From an uncultured Patescibacteria group bacterium (GTDB taxonomy: Bacteria; Patescibacteriota; JACMRA01), in contig CALIJC010000004.1 in assembly GCA_938017575.1 (NCBI GenBank), positions 1 through 50,888 of the forward strand: a stretch of DNA of 50,888 bases, given 5' to 3'. Of the stretch, positions 17,510 through 27,732 are shown piece after piece. The translations under genes and the position numbers were made by a program. The notes beneath the pieces were generated by a model. It searched no databases, had not been told where the DNA came from, and saw nothing but the letters and a program-made list of their open reading frames with translations. The number at the start of each line of letters is the position of its first letter. Position 1 is the first letter of the stretch.

Positions 17510-18904
17510 ATGGAGAATAATATTAATCACGTAGGAGTTATTGGATTAGGCGTTATGGGAGCTTCGCTGGCGCAGAATTTTGCTAGTAAAAATCACAATG
17601 TTGCTGTATATAACCGAAGCTGGGATAAAACCCAAAGCCTAATTGACAAAGGAGTCTCTGGGATTAGTGGTTATCAAGATTTAGTAGATTTTGTAGGTAG
17701 CTTGGAGTCTCCAAGAAAAATAATCCTATTGGTTAAAAGTGGTGATCCGGTTGATAAAACAATTGAAACTCTACTGCCAATGTTATCTGAAAAGGATATT
17801 GTTGTGGATATGGGGAATAGTAACTGGAAAGATACTGAAAGGAGGTATAATGAGTATGCTGGTAAAATTAGATTTGTAGGTTGCGGCGTCAGTGGAGGAG
17901 AAGAGGGAGCTCTCCATGGTCCTAGCATTATGCCAGGTGGGGAGAAGGATGCTGTGGATGAGTTACTGCCACTTCTACAAAAAATATCAGCCAAAGATTT
18001 TAATGGGAATCCTTGTGTTACTAATGTTGGTATTGGGTCAGCTGGACATTTTGTAAAGATGGTTCATAATGGAATTGAATATGCAATCATGCAAGGTATT
18101 GTTGAGGTGTACGATATTTTGAGGTCTTTTGATTTAGGAACTGGGCAAATTGCTGAAATTTTTCGGAAAGTAGATTATGGTAATATTCAAAGTTATTTGC
18201 TGGATATAACAATTAATATTTTGGAAACTCAAGATAAAGTTGATGGCGGTTATTTGCTAGAAAAAGTTGTGGAAGAAGCCAAAGCCAAAGGAACTGGTGG
18301 TTGGACAGCTCAAAGCGCTATCGAATTTGGAGTTGCAACCCCAAGTATTTCTGCTGCGGTAATTGCCAGGATTATGTCAGCTAGAAATCAGTCATATGTT
18401 ACTGATAAACTAATTGATGACCTCAAGGAAATGCGGACGACTAAATTAACTGAACCTGAGATTGAGGCTATGATAACCCCAATTTTTAGGACTTTGGAAA
18501 TGGTTTATCTCTCTAGTTATTTGCAAGGTTTAGATTTGATAAAACAGGTTGGAGATGAAAAAAACTACCAAATTGATATGAGTGAAGTAACTAGAATATG
18601 GCAGGGCGGCTGCATAATCCGTTCACAAATGCTGACAATGTTAGATTTATTCTGGGAAGAAGATAAAATTAAATCCCATAAAGTTTTATACGAAATCAAA
18701 AAAGATATAGCCTATATTAGGATGCTGCACGGGAAAAGTCATACTCCAAAACCGGTTTTGAATGCAACTTATGATTATTTCCAATCTATTTTTGCAGGTA
18801 GGTTACCAAGTAATTTAATTCAAGCACAGCGAGATTATTTCGGAGCTCACACATATCGCAAAGTAGGTGAGAAAGGTGATCATACTGGCGGCTGGAACCA
18901 ATAA
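17510..18904 (+). CDS. gnd: 6-phosphogluconate dehydrogenase, decarboxylating
   Basis: MENNINHVGVIGLGVMGASLAQNFASKNHNVAVYNRS is a Rossmann GxGxMG motif. Also present are VDMGNS, GCGVSGGEEGALHGPSIMPGG, GSAGHFVKMVHNGIEYAIMQ and IWQGGCIIRS. The start is moved from 17441 to ATG 17510. Confidence 0.92.
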   Translation: MENNINHVGVIGLGVMGASLAQNFASKNHNVAVYNRSWDKTQSLIDKGVSGISGYQDLVDFVGSLESPRKIILLVKSGDPVDKTIETLLPMLSEKDIVVDMGNSNWKDTERRYNEYAGKIRFVGCGVSGGEEGALHGPSIMPGGEKDAVDELLPLLQKISAKDFNGNPCVTNVGIGSAGHFVKMVHNGIEYAIMQGIVEVYDILRSFDLGTGQIAEIFRKVDYGNIQSYLLDITINILETQDKVDGGYLLEKVVEEAKAKGTGGWTAQSAIEFGVATPSISAAVIARIMSARNQSYVTDKLIDDLKEMRTTKLTEPEIEAMITPIFRTLEMVYLSSYLQGLDLIKQVGDEKNYQIDMSEVTRIWQGGCIIRSQMLTMLDLFWEEDKIKSHKVLYEIKKDIAYIRMLHGKSHTPKPVLNATYDYFQSIFAGRLPSNLIQAQRDYFGAHTYRKVGEKGDHTGGWNQ

Positions 18905-18952
18905 CAGCAATAGTTGACAACACCATAAATTTGGGCTATCTTGGTAGGAATT

Positions 18953-19459
18953 ATGAATATCTTGGATAGCTTCAAAGAATGGGCTAATAATTTAGCATCA
19001 GCTAATGATTTTGGACAGTTTTTTATTTTTGCTCTGGTTGGGGCTAGTATGACTGTGGTTGATTTAATTCAGTTTCAGGTTTTTTCTAGGGTGCTTAACC
19101 GGTTTTTCCCAGGTGAGCAAAATCGCCCAAGAAATAATGCAATTTCGAACATCATTTCATTTATTTTGGCCACGATTTATAGTTATTATTTAAATCTATG
19201 GTTGGCTTTTAGCGATAGCGGCGAAAGTGGAAATTCTGCACTCATTCCATATTTGCTAGTGAGCATGGTGGCTCTGGCTGTTTCAACAGGGGTTGTTTAT
19301 GAGCTTTCCAAAAAGAATTACTACGAGCTGTATTGTAAACTACCAAAATGGTTAGTTATTTCACACAACAGACACTGGTACGAGATTATAGTAAAATGTT
19401 TTTCCCTGTTTTTCTCTATGATGATTAACTTTTGGGGGTACAAATGGTTTGTTTTTTAA
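18953..19459 (+). CDS. GtrA-like family membrane protein (tentative)
   Basis: Small four-TM protein. The N-terminal FFIFALVGASMTVVDLIQFQVF resembles the GtrA signature. ATG 18953 is preferred to TTG 18941. Confidence 0.5.
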   Translation: MNILDSFKEWANNLASANDFGQFFIFALVGASMTVVDLIQFQVFSRVLNRFFPGEQNRPRNNAISNIISFILATIYSYYLNLWLAFSDSGESGNSALIPYLLVSMVALAVSTGVVYELSKKNYYELYCKLPKWLVISHNRHWYEIIVKCFSLFFSMMINFWGYKWFVF

Positions 19460-19481
19460 AATCTAAATATATAAATGTTTT

Positions 19482-20498
19482 ATGAGTAAAATACTTAATG
19501 GGTTATTAATCTTTGTATTATTGGTTGGTATTGCCTGGGTTGGTAAGGACTTGTTGATTCCACTAGTTTTTGGGTTCTTATTGTGGGTTGTTATTACATC
19601 ATGGCAGCAGTTTTTCAATAAATTGCATATTAATAGAAAAAAATTACCTAAATGGCTCCAACAGGTTTTGTCTGTATCCTCTATTTTTGTGATTATAATC
19701 GTTTTAGCCGATCTTTTGTCTAGAGATTTGTCTAGCTTTAGTCAGGTGTATCCGCAAATTACAGCTCAAGCAGCTTCTTATGCTGATTCTATAGAGTCAG
19801 TTACAGGATTTAATTTAAATAGCTTGTGGCAAGAATACATACCTACTTTGAATATTTCTGGATTTGCTGCTTCAACAGCATCTGGTTTGTCGAATATTTT
19901 TGGTACTGCATTTACTGCCGTTTTGTATCTGATATACATATTTGGAGAGCAGAAATGGTTTGCTAAAAAATTGAAAGCAACTAGTAGTAAAACATACGAC
20001 CATCAGTTGAAGCTTTCTCGTGATATATTGCAGAGTATCAAACAATATGTTGGAATCAAAACAGGTACTAGTTTTTTAACCGCAGCTCTATCATACTTGG
20101 TTATGGTAATTATAGGTTTGGAATTTGCTTTTGTATGGGCTTTTATTATCTTTGTGATGAATTTTATTCCTAGTATCGGTTCAGCTATCGCGACTGGTTT
20201 TCCGGTGATTTTTGCAATCATTAGCACTGGTACAATCTGGCAGCCAGTTACAGCTTTACTATTAATTGGTTTTGTGCAGCTCTATATTGGTAATTCATTA
20301 GAACCAAAATATATGAGCAATAAGCTAAACATTAGTTCACTGCTGGTTATATTTGCTTTGTATTTTTGGGGTGCTTTATGGGGTATTGCTGGGATGTTTT
20401 TAGCAGTTCCATTAACAGTAATAATTATGATTATCCTGTCGAGGATTCCGCAAACGCGTAATATTGGAATCTGGATGTCAGGAGATGGTGATGTTTGA
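19482..20498 (+). CDS. AI-2E family transporter (PerM/UPF0118)
   Basis: Polytopic protein with the characteristic C-terminal LEPKYMSNKLNISSLLVIFALYFWGALWGIAGMFLAVPLT. Confidence 0.8.
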   Translation: MSKILNGLLIFVLLVGIAWVGKDLLIPLVFGFLLWVVITSWQQFFNKLHINRKKLPKWLQQVLSVSSIFVIIIVLADLLSRDLSSFSQVYPQITAQAASYADSIESVTGFNLNSLWQEYIPTLNISGFAASTASGLSNIFGTAFTAVLYLIYIFGEQKWFAKKLKATSSKTYDHQLKLSRDILQSIKQYVGIKTGTSFLTAALSYLVMVIIGLEFAFVWAFIIFVMNFIPSIGSAIATGFPVIFAIISTGTIWQPVTALLLIGFVQLYIGNSLEPKYMSNKLNISSLLVIFALYFWGALWGIAGMFLAVPLTVIIMIILSRIPQTRNIGIWMSGDGDV

Positions 20499-20563
20499 TT
20501 TTTAGCTTGAAAAAAAGCCCCAGTAAAATTACTAGAGCCATTCGTAGATATTGGTAATTTGAT

Positions 20564-21052
20564 TTACCAGTTTTTATTGTAAACTATTGAATTGGTAATA
20601 GTTGGGAATAAGTGTGATTCAGTTGTTGGAGCTTGGAACTCCACGTAAGTATATCTCCCATTTTGAATTGGACCAGTGATGGTCATTAGGAACCATCTAT
20701 CTCCGCCTTTTTCTTTTGTGATATTGTTTTTACAGTGGTTAAAAGTCCGGATAGTTAAAGGACCTTTTGTTTTTGATCCAATCTGGGTGCAGCTAGATAA
20801 AATCTGGCTGGGAATTTTTACTGGAGTTTTACTTAGTACCACAGACGTGTACCTTACTTGGGGAGATAGGGCTTCAAACCCCGCCTTTGATTCGGTTATA
20901 TGATAGTACTCCTTACCATTTCTTTGAAAGTATATTTCCTCCCAATTTTTAGGTTTATTATCTATTCTAATATGCCTTTGCTGAGCTAGAGCCGGGGTGC
21001 TTATACTTGTAACAGTAATTAAAGCTATTAAACCAAAAAATCCACGATTCAT
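20564..21052 (-). CDS. Secreted hypothetical protein, 162 aa
   Basis: Signal peptide MNRGFFGLIALITVTSISTPALA-QQ. A hairpin plus T7 run lies downstream on the minus strand at about 20510..20545. Confidence 0.65.
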   Translation of the reverse strand: MNRGFFGLIALITVTSISTPALAQQRHIRIDNKPKNWEEIYFQRNGKEYYHITESKAGFEALSPQVRYTSVVLSKTPVKIPSQILSSCTQIGSKTKGPLTIRTFNHCKNNITKEKGGDRWFLMTITGPIQNGRYTYVEFQAPTTESHLFPTITNSIVYNKNW

Positions 21053-21175
21053 AAGATAGATAACCCAAACGAGTATGATTTTTTATATACCATATTTTAC
21101 TTTTGGTCAAATGCAGAATTTTTAAGTCCAGTAACTTTGACTTACTTTCTTTGGGATTGACTAGGGTGTTTTTTT

Positions 21176-21595
21176 ATGCTATCTATTATGAACAGATGTA
21201 ATCAAAGGTGTATTGTGAGAATTAAAACTGTTGCTAAGATTAGCTTTATTTTTTTGATTTTTCTCTCAGGCTGCAATTCTAATCAGTCAGACAATAAACA
21301 GTTGACTTCTTCTTTAGCCCCTCCTATAGATGAAAATATTATCACATCGATTGGAGACTGCAAGTATAGTAGTATTAACTATTATCCAAATTCATTTCCA
21401 GCTGGGGTCTCAATCTGGTATAAATGCCAATTAAAAGAAGGAAGGACTAGTATGGTTAATTCTGGGGGTGTTAAACCTCTGACAAACTTTCCTAAATTGA
21501 GGAAATGGTTGAGTCAAGCAAACCTTATTCATTATGATGGGCCTGTTACGATAACTAAACATGGTTTTAGGTATGTAAAAGTTGATGAGGGTTAG
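21176..21595 (+). CDS. Putative lipoprotein
   Basis: Basic n-region, hydrophobic core and lipobox FLSGC (ISFIFLIFLSGCNSNQ). The exact start is uncertain. Confidence 0.6.
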   Translation: MLSIMNRCNQRCIVRIKTVAKISFIFLIFLSGCNSNQSDNKQLTSSLAPPIDENIITSIGDCKYSSINYYPNSFPAGVSIWYKCQLKEGRTSMVNSGGVKPLTNFPKLRKWLSQANLIHYDGPVTITKHGFRYVKVDEG

Positions 21596-21616
21596 TAGGT
21601 AGATGTATAGGTTGGT

Positions 21617-21645
21617 CGGTCAAATATTTTTTTGACCGCTTTTGT
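21617..21645. terminator. Bidirectional hairpin between convergent genes
   Basis: Perfect 8-bp stem CGGTCAAA / TTTGACCG, 6-nt loop, followed by CTTTTGTT on the plus strand. Confidence 0.6.
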
Positions 21646-23108
21646 TATTCGCTTCTAAGTACTTCGGTTGGGTTTTGCTTGGCTGCTGATAGGGAAGGGT
21701 ACAACCCTGATAGTAATGTAAATAATATTGCCAAGCCTAATGTTGCTGCCAAGATATATACAGGAATTGGTAAATCAAAACTGGTAATATCAAATTGGGC
21801 AAGGTTTTCTTGGATGTCGCTACTACTTAGTAATAATTGATCAAAAGCAAAGGACAAAACCGTCGTAGAGGCCAGAGCAAGTAGCCAGCCCAGTATCCAC
21901 CCAAGGATTCCTAGGAATATACTTTCAAATGTAAACAGATAGAATATATCATTGTTTGTCGCTCCTAGAGCTTTTAGGATTCCTATTTCTTTGCGTCTCT
22001 CTAGAACTGAGATTATCATAACATTTACAATACCAAAAATTGCCGCAAACAAAGCAATTGCAGCGAATATTCCCAGAATTATTGTAATTACAGTAAAGGC
22101 TGTATTGATTGAGCTGACCAAAATCTGACCTGTTGAAATAACCAAGTAATTTTTATTATTAAAGAAATCGATAACATCATCTAGGTTTTCAAAATTATCA
22201 ATAAATACATTGTGTTCAACATATCCTACGTTGTTAGGGTCTATAGTTTCATCTACTCCTAAAATAGCCTTTTCAAATAATGCTCTATCAGCAAAGAAAA
22301 ATGAATTCAAAGCCCCACCAAGCAGCCCTCCACCAGAAGACCTATCATCAATCACACCAACGATTTCTAGAGGGGTAATTTGAGTTTGTTTGATTTGCTC
22401 TTGGGTAACAAAGGTCGCTGTTTGAAAATCAATTTCTTTACCACCAGGGGCGATAGTTTGGACAGTGTTTAACTCAACGTTAATTTTTTTTCCTAGTAAC
22501 TCATCTGGAGAGTTAACATCTAGTTTTTCGAACAAAGGATTATTCTGATCACATCTGTAACATACCACGATTTCATTGGCCTCTGGAGCTGTAGTTTTAC
22601 CAATCCAGTTAGTCTTGTTTGTCTGATAGAAGAAATCAAATGGCTGATTTAGGACTTGGTATTGATGACAAGATTCATTCAGTATTTCCTGACTGGCAAT
22701 GGCTTTTTCAGGTTCAACTGCAATATTCACTGAAGTATTTACACATTCCACACTTTCGCTATTTGTGTTGACAAATAGACCTAGAATATCAGATGGAGCA
22801 TAACTAACTACGTTTGGTTGCTCATTAGATTCACTATCTCCCACACCATAGCTAATTGTCTTGAGTTTGGTATCTGGCCTGGCTTCAAATATAGATTGAA
22901 TTCCATCAATGTTATAGAACTGTACTGTTTTGGCCAGAGGTTGACTGTTTACTGCTGTTTTGAGCTTTGTTGAGAGTCCGGTTGAGAGTGTGACAGTGAG
23001 CAGTATTGCCCAGACTCCGATCATGATTCCCATGGAACTGAGTAGGACTCGACCCCATTTTTTTGTTAAATGTTTTGTTAGTAAGATAAAGAAAGCTTTT
23101 AAAGACAT
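21645..23108 (-). CDS. ABC transporter permease, FtsX/MacB type
   Basis: TM1, a large extracytoplasmic domain, then three C-terminal TMs with ERRKEIGILKALGATNNDI (FtsX box). Ends PTEVLRSE like its paralog. Confidence 0.85.
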   Translation of the reverse strand: MSLKAFFILLTKHLTKKWGRVLLSSMGIMIGVWAILLTVTLSTGLSTKLKTAVNSQPLAKTVQFYNIDGIQSIFEARPDTKLKTISYGVGDSESNEQPNVVSYAPSDILGLFVNTNSESVECVNTSVNIAVEPEKAIASQEILNESCHQYQVLNQPFDFFYQTNKTNWIGKTTAPEANEIVVCYRCDQNNPLFEKLDVNSPDELLGKKINVELNTVQTIAPGGKEIDFQTATFVTQEQIKQTQITPLEIVGVIDDRSSGGGLLGGALNSFFFADRALFEKAILGVDETIDPNNVGYVEHNVFIDNFENLDDVIDFFNNKNYLVISTGQILVSSINTAFTVITIILGIFAAIALFAAIFGIVNVMIISVLERRKEIGILKALGATNNDIFYLFTFESIFLGILGWILGWLLALASTTVLSFAFDQLLLSSSDIQENLAQFDITSFDLPIPVYILAATLGLAILFTLLSGLYPSLSAAKQNPTEVLRSE

Positions 23109-23109
23109 A

Positions 23110-24654
23110 TTATTCAGATTTTAGGGTTTCTACTGGGTTTGAACGACTAGCTCGAAGGGCTGGGAATAATCCAGAGATGAGAGTTACGATACAAGCGATT
23201 ATTAATGTAATTATTGCAACTCTGAAATCGAATGGGATATTGAAATCAGTTATTCCTAACTCTAATAGATTTTGCTCCCAGCCGCTATTGTTGGCGATTA
23301 TTCTTTCTAATGAGGCGGCGAATACAAGGGTAGAAATATACCCCAAGACAGTTCCAATAAACCAACCAACGATTCCCAAAGATAGGCTTTCGAGAGAGAA
23401 TATTTTGAATATATCAAAGTTGGTTGCTCCAAGAGATTTTAGGATTCCGATTTCTTTTTGACGTTTTAACACGGAAATTGCCATTACATTAGTGATTCCA
23501 AAAATAGAAGCAATGAGCGCAATGAAACCAAACAATCCTAGAACAATACTAACTACCAAAAACAATGTTTGAATTGCTTGCACAACTAATAAAATTGGTG
23601 ATGAAGCAAGAAATCCTTTTTCAGCTAGGGTTTCAATTGTAGGTTCTAAATTAGCATAGTCATTCACATATATATTATAAGCGGTGAATCCCAAAGTTGA
23701 AAAATCTCGACCATCAATTTGGTCAACTGCAGTTTTTAAAATAGATTCTGATCCATAGAAATTATTTCGCTGAGCCCCAATTGCGCCACTATTATCACTA
23801 CTATCATCAATAACCGCCACGATTTTTAATTCATTTAATTGCGGTGAAGTCACATTTTTATTGAGCTCTTGAACGTTTGTCACGTCAAAAATCTCACCAG
23901 CTTCTAGAAGCGAAGGGACTTGCACAAATTCACTACTAACTGTCTTACCAACTAATTCTTGTGGGCTTGTAATTCCTAGTTCTTTATAAAGAGGTTTTTG
24001 TGGGTTACAGCTATAGCAGGCGATTACTTCATTTCCTACAGGAGCTGTGGTTTTGCCTAGCCAATCATTTTTGTTTTCTTCATATATTTGGGTAAAATTA
24101 GTTATGCCGAGGTTAATTGAATAACACTCATCAGGGATTGATTGTGGCTGCTGAGGCGAGGGCTGTGTTGGCTGCTCTGGCTCATTTGTTGTCGCCTCTG
24201 AATCTTCAGAAATAAATGAAGGAGGTATATCTGCCGGAACTTCTGCTTGAACTTGTTGTGGGGTAATTAAAGCTGTAGTACACAAATTATTTGCAGGTTC
24301 TGGGTTGTTATTAACAAAAATTGAAATATTTTCTTCTAGGCTAACCTCTGAAACACTTTCGATGCTACTGATTTCACTAAAGGTTTTATTTTTATCCAAT
24401 GAAACAAATTTAGGAGGTCCGGAGATTTCAAAAAATGTTGTCGCTCCAGATTCTTCTTGTTGGATATTGATAGAGCGAGCACTTGGCTGGGAGTTAATAG
24501 CTGTAACAATTTTATCGCTTACACCAAAACTAAGCATGGTGGTTAGAGTAATTGACCAAATACCTATAACAATTCCAGCTGAAGCTAGTAAGACACGTAG
24601 CCAGTTTTGTTTGAGATATTTTCCAAGGAATAGGAATATTGATTTGATAGTCAT
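23110..24654 (-). CDS. ABC transporter permease, FtsX/MacB type (second paralog)
   Basis: Same architecture, with KRQKEIGILKSLGATNFDI. The periplasmic domain carries a P/Q-rich insert (EPEQPTQPSPQQPQSIPDE). Confidence 0.85.
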   Translation of the reverse strand: MTIKSIFLFLGKYLKQNWLRVLLASAGIVIGIWSITLTTMLSFGVSDKIVTAINSQPSARSINIQQEESGATTFFEISGPPKFVSLDKNKTFSEISSIESVSEVSLEENISIFVNNNPEPANNLCTTALITPQQVQAEVPADIPPSFISEDSEATTNEPEQPTQPSPQQPQSIPDECYSINLGITNFTQIYEENKNDWLGKTTAPVGNEVIACYSCNPQKPLYKELGITSPQELVGKTVSSEFVQVPSLLEAGEIFDVTNVQELNKNVTSPQLNELKIVAVIDDSSDNSGAIGAQRNNFYGSESILKTAVDQIDGRDFSTLGFTAYNIYVNDYANLEPTIETLAEKGFLASSPILLVVQAIQTLFLVVSIVLGLFGFIALIASIFGITNVMAISVLKRQKEIGILKSLGATNFDIFKIFSLESLSLGIVGWFIGTVLGYISTLVFAASLERIIANNSGWEQNLLELGITDFNIPFDFRVAIITLIIACIVTLISGLFPALRASRSNPVETLKSE

Positions 24655-24675
24655 ATGAGTAGAATATTGACCTGA

Positions 24676-25425
24676 TTAGACTGCGTTGTTATTTAACGGC
24701 ATTGAATAGTTTATATTAGATGTAGTCGGAACTGTTGGTTGATTTTTGTGTTCGAACTCGTTTTGGTCGACAATTAAACCGTCACGAAGGTAAATAATTT
24801 TATCGCTGAGAGGGGTGAATTCTTTGGAGTGGGTTACCATGATAATGGTTTTTCCTGAATCTGAAATTTGTTTGAGAATTTCTATAACTTGGCGTTCATT
24901 GTTAGAATCCAAAGCGCCTGTTGGCTCGTCGCAGAATAATATGTCAGGATCAGAAATTAAAGCTCTGCAAATGGCTACACGTTGTTTTTCCCCGCCAGAG
25001 AGGATTTTCACATTGCTTTTTTCTCTGTGGTCAATTCCAAATTGTTTCATTAATTCTCTAGCTCTAGTTTTATTGGCTTTGGATCCTCCTGCCCAGGCAC
25101 CCATTAAAATATTTTCGATTGTGTTTAGGTTAGGGAGTAGATTGTAGAATTGAAATATGATACCTATGGAAGCTCTGTATTTGGAGAGTTTCCTAGCCGA
25201 GAATTTAGAAATGTCGTTGTTTTCGATAATTAAATCTCCATTAGTTGCCTTATCTAGTCCTGCTAATAGATTCAATAAAGTAGATTTACCGGAGCCAGAT
25301 TTTCCTAGGATCAAAGTAAACTCACCTTTATTAATCTCAAAATTAATTGGTCCAAGTGCCTTGATTGGATTTTTTTTGGTACCATAGTGTTTGGAAAGAT
25401 TTGTAGCTTTTATTATTGGCGTCAT
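24676..25425 (-). CDS. ABC transporter ATP-binding protein (MacB/LolD-like)
   Basis: Walker A GKSGSGKSTLLN, signature LSGGEKQRVAICRAL, Walker B ILFCDEPTGALD, H-loop VTHS. ATG 25425 is preferred to TTG 25440. Confidence 0.92.
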   Translation of the reverse strand: MTPIIKATNLSKHYGTKKNPIKALGPINFEINKGEFTLILGKSGSGKSTLLNLLAGLDKATNGDLIIENNDISKFSARKLSKYRASIGIIFQFYNLLPNLNTIENILMGAWAGGSKANKTRARELMKQFGIDHREKSNVKILSGGEKQRVAICRALISDPDILFCDEPTGALDSNNERQVIEILKQISDSGKTIIMVTHSKEFTPLSDKIIYLRDGLIVDQNEFEHKNQPTVPTTSNINYSMPLNNNAV

Positions 25426-25457
25426 AATAAGGGTATTCAATTATTATTTTCTATATA

Positions 25458-25471
25458 TGTCAATATTGACA
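25458..25471. promoter_or_regulatory. Perfect 14-bp palindrome carrying back-to-back TTGACA boxes in the divergent intergenic region
   Basis: TGTCAATATTGACA is its own reverse complement. On the plus strand TTGACA-N17-TAATGA precedes 25522. On the minus strand TTGACA-N17-TTGAAT precedes the ABC operon. Confidence 0.45.
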
Positions 25472-25521
25472 ATGTTGGAAATATGCACTAATGATTATGA
25501 AAGTTGTTGGGAGATTAAATC

Positions 25522-26055
25522 GTGAGTCAAATTATTCATCCAAGTTTATTGCCTCTTTTAGTAATTAGAGCTGAGACTAGGTTAGAGCAATTACAACTGG
25601 ATTCAAAAGTTAATACTGATGGCACATTTTATATACCTGGGGTTCTCTATCAAGATTATTTCAAGGAAAATACTTCTGTGGATGATCATTTTGATGAATA
25701 TAGTCTGGGTGTAATTTCAAATTTGTGTTTGAATGAGTATTTTTTACATATTTTCATGCATAATTTATTTAACTATCTTATTTTGAAGAACACACAAATT
25801 AGTCAGGTTTTGATTGAACAACTTCAACAAACTAATTTTAAAAAACAGAAGGATATTATTGAAACTTTTAAGAACCGAAAAAGTTGGAGTGTTGTAGATA
25901 TTCACGAATTTATTTTGCTTGGGCTTTTGGTAATTAGGAAAGATGAAATTTATACAAATCCTCTTTATTACGGAGTTCAAGAACAGTTACTGTTTACAAA
26001 TGCTTCTCTTCAAATAAAAGATGAATTTGATATGCCGGCAGAAGCTGTTTATTGA
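25522..26055 (+). CDS. Unknown-family paralog 1 (CLNxYYL / YTNPxYxG family)
   Basis: GTG preceded by GGGAGA. Motifs CLNEYFLH and IYTNPLYYG. No signal peptide or TM. Confidence 0.7.
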   Translation: MSQIIHPSLLPLLVIRAETRLEQLQLDSKVNTDGTFYIPGVLYQDYFKENTSVDDHFDEYSLGVISNLCLNEYFLHIFMHNLFNYLILKNTQISQVLIEQLQQTNFKKQKDIIETFKNRKSWSVVDIHEFILLGLLVIRKDEIYTNPLYYGVQEQLLFTNASLQIKDEFDMPAEAVY

Positions 26056-26090
26056 TGATTGTGTGTATTGATTCAGATTTTTCAATAAGT

Positions 26091-26121
26091 AGAGGCTGTG
26101 TAGATCAACAGCCTCTTTTTT
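26091..26121 (+). terminator. Rho-independent terminator
   Basis: Perfect 9-bp stem AGAGGCTGT / ACAGCCTCT, 8-nt loop, T6 run. Confidence 0.8.
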
Positions 26122-26375
26122 ACAGCCCTATTTATTAATTTGGTTTGATGAGTTGTGATTCTAGTGGGAATTTTTTGGTTTTTATAAAGTTGGTTGCGCC
26201 TTAGACAATTATATTAATTTTTCAAATCTGTTGAATTCTAAATCAAACCCCAAGTGTAAATCTGTTTACAACGGCAATGAATGAAACATTAAGAATGGGT
26301 TTTGTACTGTGTATTCATTGACAATTGGCTAATTCTGTGGTAAATCCTTATAGCAAAGTTCGAGGGGTTCAGGGG

Positions 26376-26903
26376 ATGATTATTATTCCAAAAGAATCAG
26401 CAGATCTCTATCATTTAAGATGTAATACTCATCTTAATAGTACAGAAAAGAGAAATTACAATTATATTAGTCCATATGATATAGAAATAGTTTCTCAAAT
26501 TGTTTTTGAAGGCCGGGATAAGGTACAGAATTTTCTATCTCCATCAGACATTGAGGAGCTTAAGGTGCTATGTTTAAACCAGTATTATTTATTTTTGTAT
26601 CTAGAAATGTTGTTTGGATACTTATCCCAGCAGCAAGGTCAGGTAAATATTGAGCAGTTTTTGTTTTCGAGGCCTAGTTTCAATATCGACTTAGAGAATG
26701 CCAAACAGTCTTTGAATCAACCTAAATTTAGCATATACAAGATTATGAATATGGTTGATAGTGGCTATCTCCTAATTGATAAAGGTGAATATTACACAAA
26801 CCCATTTTATTTTGGAGAGAAAAAACTCGTGAATTTCACTGATGTATATATTATGTCTCCAGATCTGGCTAATATCCAACCTGGTGTGCCATTTGTGTAT
26901 TAA
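26376..26903 (+). CDS. Unknown-family paralog 2
   Basis: ATG 26376 preceded by AGGGGTTCAGGGG. The track start TTG 26325 lies inside a TTGACA promoter box. Motifs CLNQYYLF and YYTNPFYFG. Confidence 0.7.
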   Translation: MIIIPKESADLYHLRCNTHLNSTEKRNYNYISPYDIEIVSQIVFEGRDKVQNFLSPSDIEELKVLCLNQYYLFLYLEMLFGYLSQQQGQVNIEQFLFSRPSFNIDLENAKQSLNQPKFSIYKIMNMVDSGYLLIDKGEYYTNPFYFGEKKLVNFTDVYIMSPDLANIQPGVPFVY

Positions 26904-26932
26904 TGTTGATTTGTGAATATTACTATGTGAGT

Positions 26933-26962
26933 GAGGTAGTTAAAAAACTGCCTCTTTTTTTT
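26933..26962 (+). terminator. Rho-independent terminator
   Basis: 8-bp stem GAGGTAGT / ACTGCCTC (one G-U pair), loop TAAAAA, T8 run. Confidence 0.75.
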
Positions 26963-27045
26963 GCATACTTGTATTGGTTTGTTTGACCACAAACGAAAAA
27001 TGTGTTAAATAATTCTTATTCTTGGAGAAAATCTGGAGAAAACTC

Positions 27046-27588
27046 ATGGCTAAGATTCCCGAACAGCTTTATGAAATTTTAGATAAGAGAGTTAATGATG
27101 CTCTGATAAGCTTAGGAAGAGAACCAAATGTTCGTGAATATAATCTCGAGGAGGCAATAAACAGTACATTATTGGAAAACCAAATTAATATTGGAGCGAT
27201 ATTTTCTGAAGATGATCTTGAATATTTACAAGAGCATTGTTTGAATGAGTATTATCTGTTTTTTGCAATCGCTTGTTTGTTTAAGTTTTTAGATGCAGAA
27301 GATGAAAGAAGTAAAGAAATTTCATTACAACAAGCCATTGAATCAGATCAAGAGTTTATTTGTTGCCAACAAAAAATACGTACTATATTGAGCCAGGCCA
27401 AATTTACTATTTTTGATGTGATTGAAATAATTGGAAAAGGTTATATCTTAATTGATATAGAAAAACCAACACTTTATACCAATCCGCTTTTTTATGGGGA
27501 TAAAGTTGAACTAGAGTTTGATTCATTTGAATTAACCAATAATAAAGGGAGGTGGCTAGACCTATCTTCAATTATATGTTCGAACTAA
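27046..27588 (+). CDS. Unknown-family paralog 3
   Basis: ATG 27046 preceded by GGAGAAAA. Motifs CLNEYYLF and LYTNPLFYG. Confidence 0.7.
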   Translation: MAKIPEQLYEILDKRVNDALISLGREPNVREYNLEEAINSTLLENQINIGAIFSEDDLEYLQEHCLNEYYLFFAIACLFKFLDAEDERSKEISLQQAIESDQEFICCQQKIRTILSQAKFTIFDVIEIIGKGYILIDIEKPTLYTNPLFYGDKVELEFDSFELTNNKGRWLDLSSIICSN

Positions 27589-27614
27589 ATATCAGCTAAT
27601 TATTTATTGTTACG

Positions 27615-27646
27615 ATTGGAGTATTTTTATACTCCAATGTTTTTAT
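27615..27646 (+). terminator. Rho-independent terminator
   Basis: Perfect 9-bp stem ATTGGAGTA / TACTCCAAT, 6-nt loop, then GTTTTTAT. Confidence 0.7.
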
Positions 27647-27732
27647 ATTAATTATAAATAACAGTATTTAGAGTTGACTAGGCTAAGAAAGTATGCTAAT
27701 TGAGAGATTGTTATGTATATGGAGAGTATACC

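Noticed and set aside
24305-25387. Plus-strand ORFs 24305..24658, 24815..25147 and 25157..25387
   Set aside because: All lie antisense to the FtsX permease and the ABC ATPase, whose motifs are unambiguous.
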